Below, piece by piece: positions 1 through 13,250 of a DNA stretch of 64,000 nt. The stretch covers positions 56,172,001 to 56,236,000 of the forward strand of contig NC_043003.1 of assembly GCF_006345805.1 (NCBI RefSeq), written 5' to 3'. Position 1 is the first letter of the stretch; the number at the start of each line of letters is the position of its first letter. A model generated the notes under the pieces. That model was not told where the DNA came from. It saw nothing but the letters and a program-made list of their open reading frames with translations, and ran no database searches. Source of the DNA: Octopus sinensis (taxonomy: Eukaryota). The position numbers were made by a program, and so were the translations under genes.

Positions 1-337
1 GGCGCATACATCACAACGATATGTGCGCGATGCGTTGGTCTCATATCAATATAAACAGCACATGTCCTTGAAGATGGGGCCCAGTTGAAATTTTCTTTAG
101 GTAGAGTAGGCCATCCCCCTCAAAAGGTTCCTGAATAAGGTTTGTTTAAGGATGATGAACAAAACACCCATGTTTCCAGCGGTAAATTATTCAGACCCTA
201 AAGAAATTCTGTCAACACATGGCTATGATGTTGTCCTCACTGCTACTGTTCATTATCAAAGACGCACATAATGTTAGCCATTAAGTGGGGTGCTCATTTG
301 GTGAAGGACAAGCAAGTGACAAGCAGTTCCTTGACTC

Positions 338-482
338 TTCTGAGTTCAAATTTCACCGCGGTCGATTTTGCATTTCGTCCTTTCGAAGTCATTAAGTCAA
401 GTACCACTTGAGTACTGGGGTCGATATTGTCGACTGACCTCCTCCTCACAAATTTCAGGCCATGTGCATACAGTAGAAAGGA

Positions 483-485
<3 letters not shown>
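338..485 (+). mobile_element. SINE fragment, Meta-domain type (octopus OR1-like; name tentative)
   Basis: ttctgagttcaaat...ctttcgaagtcattaagtcaagtacc...ctggggtcgat aligns by eye to better copies at 20513 and 57599. Confidence 0.75.

Positions 486-575
<90 letters not shown>
484..575. repeat. (ATT)n microsatellite
   Basis: About 30 uninterrupted att units. Confidence 0.99.
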
Positions 576-1712
576 TGTAGTTTTATTTTTATAGCATGCA
601 TTCACTTAACTACCGAGCGCAGCTCTGTGTGATTTGGATGAGCTGTGCAAGATGGGGTGCAAGATGCCTCACTGCTCTCTGCCTACTACCCATAAAGAAA
701 AGGGGAGACGACTACATAACAGGTTCAAATTCACGCGAAAGACACGAATGAGAAGAAAGATGCCAAATCGTCAACCAACAATATTAGTAGCAACAAATTC
801 AGCGACATAAGAAACTGAATTCCCCTTCAATCGAATGGAATATTCCAACACAAAAGACAGCTCATAGCAGCAGTAACACAACTGCAACCGACTCTGCTAC
901 CACTACCGCTACAATGAATAAACTAACTACAGCACTTAGTAACAGAACCATGACAACAACCGACTCCACCACCGCCACCAATACAAGAATAACATCGTAA
1001 TAAATGGCAAACATTTCTTTCACTGTAACGGCAGCCAAGGGCAAGGAATCTTTTTTGCATGACTTGCTTAAGAAACACGTGTTTAGCTGAGGCAGAAAAA
1101 TTAATAAGACTTGAGATCCACCGGCAGCACACATCGAAGATGAGGGGGAACCCCCAAAACCGAAGCAACAGATCAGGAATGGCAAAGTGACAGCATGTCC
1201 CACAACAAAACACGCACCAAAACTTTGAAAACACACCCACAGTTGGTACAGCCACACCTACAGCATCACTAACCTCTCCAGCATCACAATCACAAACTGC
1301 TCCACCGACACTAACCCTACTTCAACAACAGACCAAAAGAAAGCAATCCCAGCAGCAACAAGCAACCACACAAACACCAAACTTCGTGTTAGTCATGAGG
1401 TCAATTAATCAATTCATGGAGCTTTTAGTGCGAAGGAAGGATGTCGAGAGAGAGGAGTGATCTTTGGCGCCAGCAACTTTCAAGGGCCAGAAAAAATTAT
1501 GTTAGTGCGAATGTTTATAGAAGCATTTAAATGCATTAAGAAAGGCTTCATGCAAGATGTCGGAACCCCTAAAGTTGCGACGCGACTAGGCTTTTGAAGG
1601 AGTTCTCAGAGGAACCGCAACAACTCATGGGCGTTGAGCCATCTGACTTCCAACGACACATGAGGGTTAAGCAGACGCCTTTTGTGTCTTCTCCACAGTC
1701 TGTCCGGTCACC

Positions 1713-2650
1713 ATGAGTTGTTTAAGTGTAGGTAGTATAAATGTTCGTGGCCTGGGGTCGCTCTGGAAGCAGGGTCGCTGGCTCAATGACTTCAGGTAAC
1801 TATCTATGGATATGACAGCCGTCAGCAAAACCAAGATTTCCAACACATCGATCATCTAGCCTCTATTTTTGAAGATTTTGAGATCTACACACATCTTAGT
1901 CGGCCTGGAAGGGGTGTGGGGCAGTGCTGTTTAGGAAAGGCCTGGACCTCGAGGTACAGACCATCTTACTGGACACGGAATGTAGGTTGGTGGTCCTGGA
2001 TATAAGCAACACCGAAGGTAGTGCATTCACCCAGGGGCGAGTCAACCAGGTTTATTTAAACGTTTGGGGGTTTTTGCAGGGGATGTCGCTCTCTTTATTT
2101 CTAGTGGGCGACTGGCACGCCATTTTGGATGTACGCTTGGATAGTGTGGGGCAAGCCGTTAGGAGAGTGGGGGTGCAAAAGCCTCACTAACCTGCCCAGT
2201 CGTTTCTAATTGGTTGATAGTTAGCGACTGGATTCTCAAATGAGACAATGTGGACATGAGCACCGGGTTTTCCATATCGTATTTAGATAAGATATTTTGT
2301 AGGTCAGTAGATAGAAGTAGCACTTCTGTCCACTAGGTTGTCCACTGTCCAAAGTCGTCACCTACACAGACCACAAATTTGTAATTTGCACGGTCGACAA
2401 AGATAGGATCCAAAAGCTGAGCCCAGGGTACTGGAAACTGTACACATCTTTCCCGGCGCGTCAAGCGTTCAGAAACTAAGTTATTGACTTAGTCCTTCGG
2501 AGGTTGGCAGGCGCAATCGTCAACAACCGTTGGCGGATAACCATGAAAAGGGCTATTAGAGTAGAGGCAGTAGCATTTAGCGAGGAAATAACTTTATAAG
2601 AATCTAGGATAGAGGAAGAGCTGGTTAGGAAGTTAGAAGAGGAGGTTAGG
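1713..2650 (+). mobile_element. Degenerate L1/Tx1-clade LINE ORF2 N-terminus (APE endonuclease), with stops and frameshifts
   Basis: Translated motifs in expected order: MSCLSVGSINVRGL (1713), D..AVSKTK, AVLFRKG, RLVVLDI, LVGDWHAILDVRLD, PGYWKL (~2427), then a helical linker. Confidence 0.8.
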
Positions 2651-2839
2651 AGAGTCTTGTCGGAGATGTGTGCAGGGTAACGAAATTGTCCTGCACGCCT
2701 GTGTCCAGTAGTTTTCACGTGTAGGACGGATCCAGTTACCAACCGTGCAGACCATTATTAAGGAAAGTACTATCCAATAAACGCGCTTCCCTTTCTTCGG
2801 ATATTACATATAAAGGACTACATATTTAAACCTCCCTTC

Positions 2840-2841
2840 GT

Positions 2842-2873
<32 letters not shown>

Positions 2874-2875
2874 CG

Positions 2876-2944
<69 letters not shown>
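2840..2944. repeat. (CT)n-(ATCT)n compound microsatellite
   Basis: Direct inspection. Confidence 0.97.
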
Positions 2945-3428
2945 GAAAAGACGATTATGCGCTAGTTGAGAGTGATTTGGTTGTTTTTTCTAGCACCTTG
3001 AGCGATTACGTTGGTGCTCTGTAGTTACTTCTTGATTTATTGTTTAGCTTTCTAAGAAAGTAATTTTACTTTCTTAGAGAATAATTTTCATTGCTAAGGG
3101 TATAGAATAATGCTTCAATATTACCGCGATGTTACTGATTGCTACAGTAAACGTACTGATTAATAAGATTATTGCTGTCATTGCTAATGTGTTATTACTG
3201 ACTGTTCAATCGATAATCGTGAATGAGAAGTCGATTCTATTGATTAATAAGTCGACAATAATCACCACCATGATGATAACTCTCGATCATTATTTTATAA
3301 ATATTTCCTTCTTATATTGTCATAAATCAATTGATTTATGTTTGTTGTTTGATACGTAGCTGCAACGTATGTATATATATATATATATATATTGCCCTCT
3401 TGTATTACAGTATCATCATCTTCATCGT

Positions 3429-3467
<39 letters not shown>

Positions 3468-4164
3468 GTCCTTCATAATCACCACCAGCATCAAGACTAC
3501 TAACTTCATCACCGTCGTCATTATCATTATCAGCATCATACTCCTCCACATCATCACCGTCATCTCCATCGCCACCATCACCTCCACCACCGCCATTCAC
3601 AGTTTATTGATCGATCCGGTGCTACAGTAAAAGACATGCGCAAAAAGTAGCGCACTGGGCCTAAAATCACGTGTTTGGAAAACGAGTACCTATAACAGCT
3701 ACCTAAGAAGATAAGCATGAATACGAATAAAAGAGGAAACCGGTAACCAAGGATCACAACTCTACACTGAGCAAAAAGTAACATTTTAATCCACTATTTA
3801 TATCATACATAATTATGTATAATTAATTAAATTCTCACAGTATAATTGTTGTATAACACACTTCATCAGATACACTACACAGCCATCACACAATAATATA
3901 ACGCAATGATCAGCAACAGAAGTTCTACAAAATCAGAACCCCTTACTATGACCTAACATTATCACTGTATTTCTTAACGCACACTTAGTAACCAACAAAA
4001 TAATTCAATCTATGTTTTTATATTATGAATACTCGACAATATAGCAAATCCCGAACAGCACATATCTATCATGTGTAATTTCCACCCAGTAATATAATGC
4101 AATCCATAATGGACTCTTTCGTCGCTTCGATGAAGAGAGTTCAGCATGATACAGCTACGGGATG

Positions 4165-4330
4165 GCGATGGCGACGGTGACGACGATGACGATGATGATG
4201 AAGACCAGGAGAGGGAGGAGGACGATGATGATGAAGACCAGGAGAGGGAGGAGGACGATGATGATGTTGAGAAGACGGAGAAGGTGGAGGAGGATTACAA
4301 CGACGACGTCGATGATCATGATCATGATAT
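4165..4330. repeat. GAT/GAG-rich degenerate trinucleotide tract with a 33-bp tandem duplication
   Basis: gacgatgatgatgaagaccaggagagggaggag occurs twice in tandem (~4188-4253). Confidence 0.9.
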
Positions 4331-5459
4331 TAATCCTAACAACAATAATAATTAAATGTAACATTTGTTCTATTAAATAATTTATAAAGCCTGCAATAAC
4401 ATATTGTTTTTGAAGTACTAGACTGGTACTAATAAACCTACAATCTATAGACCGAAACACAAGTACTCTTCTAAAGCTCAACAACTTATATTAAGTAATA
4501 TATTTGACATTCAATGATTATACAGACCATGAAGAGAAGCATTAAAAACAGGAACGGAGTCATCCGTGTAGACAACACCAAACATTGGTACTGATGCCAA
4601 GTATTAGATCTAAAGGCATCAAGTTCAGTTTGAATAATCTAGTAACGACATCCCAGCAAGACGACTCGTTTTACTGTTTTCATAACACCTCGGGAGATAC
4701 AAGCGAGCATTCTATCTACACCCACTGAAAATATATTTAAAGAAATAAACGGCTTCGTACAAAATTCTTCGTAAAAGCATACCTCAAAGGTCAATTTAGG
4801 AAAGTAGAAATTATCTTTTTTTCCGATATTTTCTCGTTTTAGCAAGTCGTCGATAGAATGTTTCTATCTGGTTCTCAACGACCCTCAGTCGTACAGAATT
4901 ATTATCCTTAAAAAGGATGGATCTTTATAACGCTCACTCAGTATCACAGTATAAATACTATATCAACACAGACACGACTATCAACATAGATAACAAGTAC
5001 TCTCAACCTTTTGACCCTCTTCTGTGGACCTGCTACTAGTCTATTTATCATGGCTGGTTACTACCACTTTTTACTGGAATGGGTGTACAGTTTCACTATA
5101 CAACTAATTAGAGGAAGAAAGGCAGATGGCATTGACTTTTCCGGAGCGTCTATGAGAAGAGAGGTCAATATACGTAAACAGGCGGCATGAGCTAAAAGAG
5201 AGGAGAATACGCTGAAGAGCCAGAAGATTATATTAACAATTTTGTCGCATTAGTTCCTTATAAACAACAGGTACAATCCCACCGACAATTTTCAACTAGA
5301 TTTAAATTCTCAAATTTCAATCCGGATATTTAGTCGAACCGAGGATATGGCGGAAGATATTTACTCAATTCGCTGCTTTGTGGGATTGAATTCAATACCA
5401 CATATTACAAAGCGAACTTCTTAAACATAGATCTAAGTCTGCGCCAAATTACCGAAATA

Positions 5460-5610
5460 AAGAGGACAGCAAAGTTGAGAATTTATTGATACGGAAATTC
5501 AAGACAAAAAGGATTGACATCAATAACTATAAACCTATTAGATTTTTATGTTGAACAGACAGGAGTGAACTGCTTTGATAACTTTATAAAAGTCATGGAG
5601 ACAAACTACG
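5460..5610 (+). mobile_element. Possible highly decayed LINE reverse-transcriptase N-terminal remnant
   Basis: LIRKFKTKRIDINNYKPIRFLC then FIKVMET, resembling LI.K.K.D..NYRPI.L...KVMER; heavily disrupted. Confidence 0.3.
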
Positions 5611-6808
5611 CTTGTATACTTATTGGTATGGCTTGACAACACTAGACATTTCATTAAAGAAGTTTGAAAATATAAAATGACATCTCATTACAGAAGACTG
5701 TAAATATCAAAAAAACGAAGAAAAGGAAAAGAAAAAAAAAGAAAAGAAAAGGAAAAACCTGGAGGCGAAATTATTGATGATGTGGAATATAACACAAGAA
5801 TAGTTCTCGCAGTTGTATGATTGTGTTACGTGTAGTGTGGTGTAGTGCCTAACAGAAATTTGAAAAAATGCCAAGTAAACTCCGTATGTGAAAATCGGAA
5901 TATAGAGCTTCTTGTGAGTACCAATATTCTGCGAAGACAATAATTAATGAACTGCAAACGAAATTGAAAGTCTAAGAACTAAAACTCTAGACATCTTCAG
6001 TTTTATAGAGTGGATTCAGACGAAAGAAATATGCGTACCTTGTAATAACAATAGAAAAATAAAATGAACTGAAAAGTTTCCACTTCGAAGATACAAGGAA
6101 CAGAGTCTCTCTCTTTCCCACCCTCTCTCTCTCTCCATACACATACACTCACACATCCATATCAATAATAATAATAAGGAACATTAAGAAGTCACACATA
6201 TATATATATGTATATATATATATATTATATATATATATATACACACACAGACAAACATATATATATATATATATAATATATATATATATGTATATATATA
6301 TGTAAGTATGTATATATGTATATATGTAAACACAGCGTTTCAAATTATTAACAATAACAATAATTCTTGTTATGTCTTTACGCCTTTGTAACTTACACAC
6401 TCACCGGTTCGATTTCCAATCGGTTTATTTTTATATTTATTTTGCCTTTCTTCCAGAATTTTTCGTTGCTTTTTGCAACCTTCTCTATAGTTGTTGACAT
6501 TTTTATTCTATTTATAAACTATTCGATAGAATTCAACAACATTTTCACAGGAATGTGGCAACAGTCATATGTGCGTGGTGTATATAAAAAAAAATTAGGT
6601 TCCGTAAAACAGTATGGAAAATACAGCCATTTTCCAAATTTAAATAAACTTTCCATGTTTCAAATTATTAGCGAGAGGAGTATTTAAACCTCATGTAAAC
6701 AAGACAATCCCCATGTAATTGTTTCATGCACATAGTGGAAGGAACACATGTAATTATAACCATGGAACAATTAGAAATAAACAAATAAACAGCGTTTGAA
6801 ATTGATTG

Positions 6809-7140
6809 TTAAGCTAGTTTGTATGGGATATATGAGCCTCGGTTTGAAATAAGCTGGAAAAGGCGCTGGTCCGTGGAGCATGCTAATTTCTGGTTCTCCT
6901 CTTGTATTATACCACGCGTTACATCCACTATTACTTCCCACAGGTCATCCTTGCTCCCAAATTGGAGCCCATTCTCGTAAACTGGTCGCTGTAGATTACT
7001 CCACAAGATTTTATTGGGTTTAAGTCGGGCGAACAGGCTGCTTCAACTTCCGAGGTCCATAAAAGCCTAACTATTGTACACGCTCTGTAGTTTTCTTCAT
7101 TCTGATGTAGTTTGCCATCATTCTGGGGAAATTTCGTTGA
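6809..7140 (-). mobile_element. Tc1-like transposase C-terminal fragment
   Basis: SPDLNPI(frameshift)LWSNLQRPVYENGLQFGSKDDLWEVI...QKLACSTDQRLFQLISNRGSYIPY matches the Tc1 C-terminal pattern. Confidence 0.8.
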
Positions 7141-7641
7141 ATTCCAAGTCGTTTTTAAATAAAATAAAAATGATGTTACGTAGTTAGTAATTTGAAACGC
7201 AATGTGTGTGTGTGTCTGTGTGTGTGTCTGTGTGTGTTTATCTTGTTAGTAGTTAAAAAATATATCTATTTGCAATCAGCCGCAGAAATTTTTAAACGAA
7301 TGTTCACTGTTGTAGGCTTTTAAAATCCAAAAGCGAGTGAGATCAGTGACGAAGCTACAGCCCTTGAGTTTCAACCTACACAGTATTATAAACCAGATAC
7401 CAAAGCTACCTACCCCATTAGTTACGTAAGAGAGATATCTCTAATTAATAATATTTGCTATACAAAATTCTTGGGGAATAAACGCACGGCAGTTTTTAAA
7501 ACTTAGAAGGATGAAAAACCGTTCACTGCTTTTATATTTAGTTACTTTCAAAGACACGATCAATTCATAAATGCATTGTATTCCAGAAGTTTGTCTGGTC
7601 TGATATTATCAGTTATATCGCTTAATTATGGTGTCTATATG

Positions 7642-7712
7642 CCTGGACTTGTGCCTTGGAGGGTAACTTTCTAAGTGCAATCCCATGGTCATTCGTGACC
7701 GAGGGGAGTCTC
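7642..7712 (+). mobile_element. 3' fragment of the tRNA-SINE family seen intact at 55797-56146
   Basis: ggacttgtgccttggagggtaactttctaagtgcaatcccatggtcattcgtgaccgagggg matches the reverse complement of the 55.8 and 59.2 kb copies. Confidence 0.8.
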
Positions 7713-8689
7713 CGGTGTCTATATTTATATCTCACTTGGGACAGATTATTTATCTTGTAATTTGCAAGGCTAATAAACGTGTTTTTTTTTACCGAACTAT
7801 AACATTGCATATGCAAAACTCTACTGTATTTCAAAGAAAACTGCCCAGAGGTATTTCGACACAGAACTGCAACTTAAGCCACGCAAATTTCAAGTACTAT
7901 GTAAATGATTACAAATGGTTGGTGCTCATCTTTAATTATATTCCACATTGTATCGGCCATATGTACAACAGTGCCACTCTTCTAAGATATCTTGCAGTAG
8001 ATTCACTGCAAGTTTCTACTCTGTAATGTACCATTAAATTTCACTCAAAATCATTCAAAATGTTGATAAACGTTAGAAGGAAAAAGAACTGCTCTGTTGC
8101 CAGTTTTCTTTATCATATTTCTTTTGGCAAACCTACTGGGAAGATAACTGCTTGCTTTGATTTATTGCAGGAGCGGGGGGATCGTGGTTACGTTGCTTCT
8201 ATATGTGACAACAACTGTTCGGCATCACTCCACAAATTAACAATGTTTGAGAACTGAAAGGATGTGTGGATAACTATTTCAGCGCTCTCCAGAATTAGAT
8301 CATATACTGAGATAATTAACATCAAGATATTGATTATCAATAAATCCAGGAAAGTGACAATTATAGAAAAGCAAACAAAACACTGGTGAAATATCCGACT
8401 TCAAAAGCAAATGAACATACACCTGATGCAGTCTGAATGTAGATTCGGATAAAACTAGTAAAGAAATATATGACGAAAGACCAGGCAACAAGGTGACAAA
8501 TATCACGATTACATTGTAAAACTCTTGTTCAGAGAGACTTTAAGAAGTTTGGCCTCAAAAATGGAGGCGTGTGCAGAGCGACTGTCAGGGAGACTTTACG
8601 TTGTTGCAACCAAAATATCTTTCAAGTCACATCCAGTTCTAATAGCAAGTATGCCCGCCAAATTATATATTGGTGTTAAATATTGGCAC

Positions 8690-8850
8690 GAGGTCACCAA
8701 TTTTGGGTACTCAATTTGTATTTATCGACCTCGAAAGGATGAAAAACAAAGTCGACCTCGACATAATGTGAACTCAGAATGCAAGGAGAGACGAAGTGCC
8801 GCTCAGCATTTTGTCCGGCTAGCTATTTTGTCATCTAGCCGCCTTCCGCC
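8690..8850 (-). mobile_element. Meta-domain type SINE, diverged
   Basis: tttatcgacctcgaaaggatgaaaaacaaagtcgacctcg...gaactcagaa is the reverse complement of the family core. Confidence 0.8.
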
Positions 8851-9067
8851 ATCTTAAAAATAAGGCTTTGCGTTATGCAGCTCTCGACACACTAAGCATG
8901 TAGAAAAGACGGAATGGTAAAGTCTGGAGAATATTTAGTCGTAGATCTGCTCAACATAATTCTGAACAAAACCTGTCTATCTATTTATCCATCTATTGAT
9001 AGAGAGATAGACAGACAGGTAGGCTGGTAGGGAGGTAGGTGATGGATAAATAGATATATAGATAGAC

Positions 9068-9189
9068 AAAGTTTTTGTTGGTCTGAAGCTATAGCAGAAG
9101 ACCCATGCTAACTCACCACACAGTGGGACTGAAACCAGGACCATGTGTTTTGGAACGAAGTTTGTTACCACCCAGCCACGCCTGCACCT
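9068..9189 (-). mobile_element. tRNA-head + CORE-like SINE 5' fragment
   Basis: gctatagcagaagac...cagtgggactgaaaccaggaccatgtg...cagccacgcctgcacct, same as 24731-24895. Confidence 0.75.
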
Positions 9190-9314
9190 ATGTATGTGTG
9201 TGTGCGTATGTGTGTATAGGTGTATATATGTATTATGCATGTATATATGTGAATATATATGTGTACATATTACATGTACATCTATATATATATATATACA
9301 TCTAAACACACACA

Positions 9315-9368
<54 letters not shown>

Positions 9369-10721
9369 ATATATATATATATACACCCAAATGTGTGGGT
9401 TTAGTTCATAGGTGATCTAAACGATTAGGTACGCTAGGTAAGTGCTGTAAGTGATTATTAGGGCTCCAAGGTTATAGCCGAGACGATAGTTATGGAGTCA
9501 TTGCAGATTTCTGATATAGCAGATATATAATTGTTAGAGAGGACAACAAACGTTAAGGCAAAGCAATCATCTCATGTCATATACGTTATTATTGTTGGAA
9601 AAAATTCAAAGACTTTGAATTTTTTCCATTGAAAATTATGAATATGACTTGAGATGATTGCTTTGCCACTTATATTTCTTGAATATGAAGCAACTCAATC
9701 TGTGAAAAATGGTCGAAATTTGTTGCTTCGTAAATGTAATATAAAAGAGCAATGTGCTCAGATAATCAGCAATCGGCGGGCGTTGCTTGTTGCCCTCATT
9801 TATCATCATTTTCATTTGTCATTTCATATAACATTATGTCTATGTCCAGCCCACAGCTTCCCTTCTATGTAATGCCTATGCGGCAAATATAATAAATGAA
9901 GCAAATCAATCATAAGAAAGTGCAACATCAAAACAGATTTGAGTATGTTGTTGATACACCTTGCCGCTGAGAGACTGTTTAAAATTACTATCATAAAGCG
10001 TAGAGAAAAGTATCAGATATTTCACGCACAAAGGATATAAACTACCACAAGTTATCTGTAACAGACACAATTATTTCACTTTACTTGTTACAAGCATTTT
10101 GATTCAAGTTCTATGGATTATCTTCCTCAATTCAAAAGAAATGTCATTGCAGTGGTCCTTGTTGGGCTGCTTAACTTCCTACTTTATTTACATTGCTGAG
10201 TCAATAAGAAAACATGTTTTCACTTCTGTAGCATTTATCGCGAATTTGATTGTTAACATCCTAATTATTTTTACTGAATAACAAGGATAAATCCTTTTCC
10301 GATTGACATTTTAAATGCATTTCCAGTATATTTTGAAGCAATATCGGCTCCTTTATACTGTTAATGCTCCTGAGAATGGCTTTCATGTCATATAATTCCC
10401 TGGCTCCCTACGTCACTAAAGATCAGTCATTTATCTTAATCAAAGGAAATAGAAATATTCCCTGCATCGTTACCGTTATCTTCTTAAGCATCATCAATAT
10501 CTTCCAACTCATTATTGTTATATATTAATGTTAATTTCTGATCGTAGTTAATTCTGCTGTTTTCTTTCTCTTTATCTTTGTTTTCTAGTATGGATAGTAT
10601 AATTACACTTGGGATTTTTTTTTTCTACATTGCCACATCAAGGAATGTAACTGTAATTATGCAACCGTTACCGGCTTCATATCTCCCTCAAGTCTGATCA
10701 GCTACCCTCTTCCTCCCCTCT

Positions 10722-10902
<181 letters not shown>

Positions 10903-10908
<6 letters not shown>

Positions 10909-11130
10909 ATTAGGGAATAAATCCAAACTTACAGGGAGAAATTAGATTTAGGATTAAATCCAATTTTATAGTATAAATATATTATATTATATCATATTAA
11001 ATTAGAGATAAAATCACCATTAGGCAAATCAAACAGTGAAAAACATAAGTCAATACGTAAAATTAATTTAAAAATATAAAAGTTAAAAATTAAAAAATTA
11101 TTTAGATAATTTAAACTTATAAATTTTAAA
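10903..11130 (-). mobile_element. Terminal fragment of the Penelope-like family at 22446-24720 (lacks the HHR segment)
   Basis: tagggaataaatccaaacttacagggagaaattagatttaggattaaatccaattttatag matches 22455-22525; both abut (TA)n. Confidence 0.7.
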
Positions 11131-11260
11131 TATATATATATAGAAATATATATATATATGTATGTATGTATATTTTTATATTTATATCTTTTTTTTTATA
11201 AATATCAAAAGTATTAAAAGTTTAATAAAAGATAATATATATATATACACATATATATAC

Positions 11261-11291
<31 letters not shown>

Positions 11292-11639
11292 CATACATAT
11301 ATATATACATATATATATACATACATATATATATGCATACACATATATATATACATATATATATACATACATATATACATACATACATTTATACACACAC
11401 ATATATATATATATATATATATGCACAGATGTGTATATGAATGTATGTATGTATCTCTATTTCTCTGTTTTTCTTTCTCTCTCTATCTCTGTCTGTCTGT
11501 CTCTCTCTCTCTATATATATATATATATTTGTATGTGTCCATTGGAGTACGGATGTATGTATGTGAGTATATGCAAGTATGTATTTGTGCATAGGACGCC
11601 ATGATAGATCGTTAGCTCCTACACGCATTTTTTTCTCTC

Positions 11640-11790
11640 CTTGTTTTATTCAGTGTAACTTTCTGTCGAAGAGCGTAGGCTCGAAACGTAAAAGACTCTT
11701 TCTATTTCTATTCTTGAGTGCTATACTAATACATATGTTTGTTTGTACTCCACCTGCCTTCGTCGTTTGTTTATTTTCGTAAACTTTCCC
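11640..11790 (+). mobile_element. Solo pseudo-LTR (pLTR) fragment of the Penelope-like family at 42790-43922
   Basis: tgtcgaagagcgtaggctcgaaacgtaaaagac and the downstream gtttgt..acacc.g.cttcgtc..ttg match 42790-42904 on the minus strand; ends in (TA)n. Confidence 0.7.
11659..11694 (+). ncRNA. Minimal type I hammerhead-like motif with non-canonical core (CUGUCGA)
   Basis: cttt / CTGTCGA a / gagc-gtag-gctc / GAAA-cg-TA / aaag: 4-bp helix I, 4-bp helix II, palindromic ACGT helix III; A6 replaced by U. Confidence 0.5.
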
Positions 11791-12409
11791 TTTATATATA
11801 TATATATATATATATATACTTATGTTACATCAGTTTGTGCGTGTACACACACACACATCCACACATATGAGAAGTGATACGTTTCGTTTGAAATGTAGAC
11901 AGGTAAGTTAATTTTCCTTCTATGGACATAATATTACTAAGGATCTAACTGTAGCGCAGAACTGCTTCCTTCAGATCCTTCTCTGTGAATATTCTTCTTC
12001 TTCTTCTCCTCCCCTCCTCCTCCTATTTCTCCTCCTTCTTCTCCTCCTCCTCCTCCTTCTTCTCCTCCTCCTCCTCCTTCTTCTCCTTCTCCTCCTCATC
12101 CTTCTTCTTCTTATTATTATTCATTCATTGAGAAAGCACCGGCGGTTTCTCTTGTATTTTTCTTGAGAGAATAACTTTACACACCTTCCATGCCTAAGAT
12201 TATTGGAAATAATTTCGTAGAATTATTTATTCGCCGTGAAAATGAGTGAAAAGCTTTATATTTTTGTCTCCTTGGGCACTTGTCTTCTACTATAGCCCCT
12301 GGCTGACCAAAAGAAAAGGAGAGAATTTAGTAAAAGAAAACTGAATGAAGCTCGTCACACACAAACACGCACTCTATATGAATATGTGTATTTGTATATA
12401 TTCATGTAT

Positions 12410-12985
12410 TTGTTAGGCAACTAAGTTCCCGCCTTTTTTATAGAATTTTTTTTAAAAGGTTTGATAAAAATAACAACTAATTAGTCAATAATGTATTGAT
12501 CCGTGTTGTTTACTGCTTCTTCCCAACGTTCAACAAGATTTTCAATACCTCGTTGGTAGAAATCAGCCGATTTCGACTAGAAAATTTGATCCATCCAGGC
12601 TCTCAATTCTGCATCAGTATTGAAAGAAACTCCGCGTATAACATTTGAAAGTTGAAAATCCGTGGGTGCCAAATCAGGAGAGTACGGCGGGTGTGGCAGT
12701 ACTTCTCAGCCATGCGTTTGAATGGCTTCCTTGGTCATATTGGCGATATACGGGCGGGCGTTGTCGTGCAGCAGAAAAATTCCATGCTGTCGATTAGGAC
12801 TTTTCTCTTGAATAGCCGTTGAGTCTTTCCATATGTGGAATATAGAGTTCCCCGTTGACCGTTTGGTTCCATTCAAGCAATTCGTCCCACCATACGCACT
12901 ACATCGTTTTACACAGGTGAAGATCTTGTTTCACGCGCGGTGTCGCTTGTTTACCGGGGCTAAGCCATTCCTTACGCAGCTTCAT
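12410..12985 (-). mobile_element. mariner (DD34D) transposase 3' half with probable right end
   Basis: KEWLSPGKQATPRVKQDLH..KTM*CVWWD...AIQEKSPNRQHGIFLLHDNARPY...HPPYSPDLAPTDF...FYQRGIENLVERWEEAVNN. Confidence 0.92.
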
Positions 12986-13250
12986 AGAAGAAAACACCTG
13001 CCCATGTGGGACTGAACACAGAACCATATGGTTGGGAAGCAAGCTTTTCTGTACACAGCCGGGCTTGCGCCTATACACACACTCACACACACATATATAT
13101 ATGCACATGTGTGTTTGTGTGTATGATGAGCTTCCTCACAGTTTCACGCTACTATGTTTGCTCACAAGATATTGATCAGTCCGAGACTATTGTTGAACGC
13201 ACTTTGCCACACAATCGCACTAAATCCGATAATTACTGAATGGAAAGCGA
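12986..13250 (-). mobile_element. Two decayed tRNA-head/CORE-like SINE fragments separated by (CA)/(TA) repeats
   Basis: gtgggactgaac...ccatatggttgggaagcaagctt...cttgcgcct, followed by a more decayed second copy. Confidence 0.65.

Noticed and set aside
2672-2698. 11-bp hairpin (gtgcagggtaa-cgaaa-ttgtcctgcac) at the end of the Tx1 remnant
   Set aside because: It is a single copy with two wobble pairs and no ribozyme core; not distinguishable from chance.
4146-4355. Acidic D/E-rich 69-aa ORF
   Set aside because: It is a degenerate trinucleotide tract with no splice context or recognisable domain.
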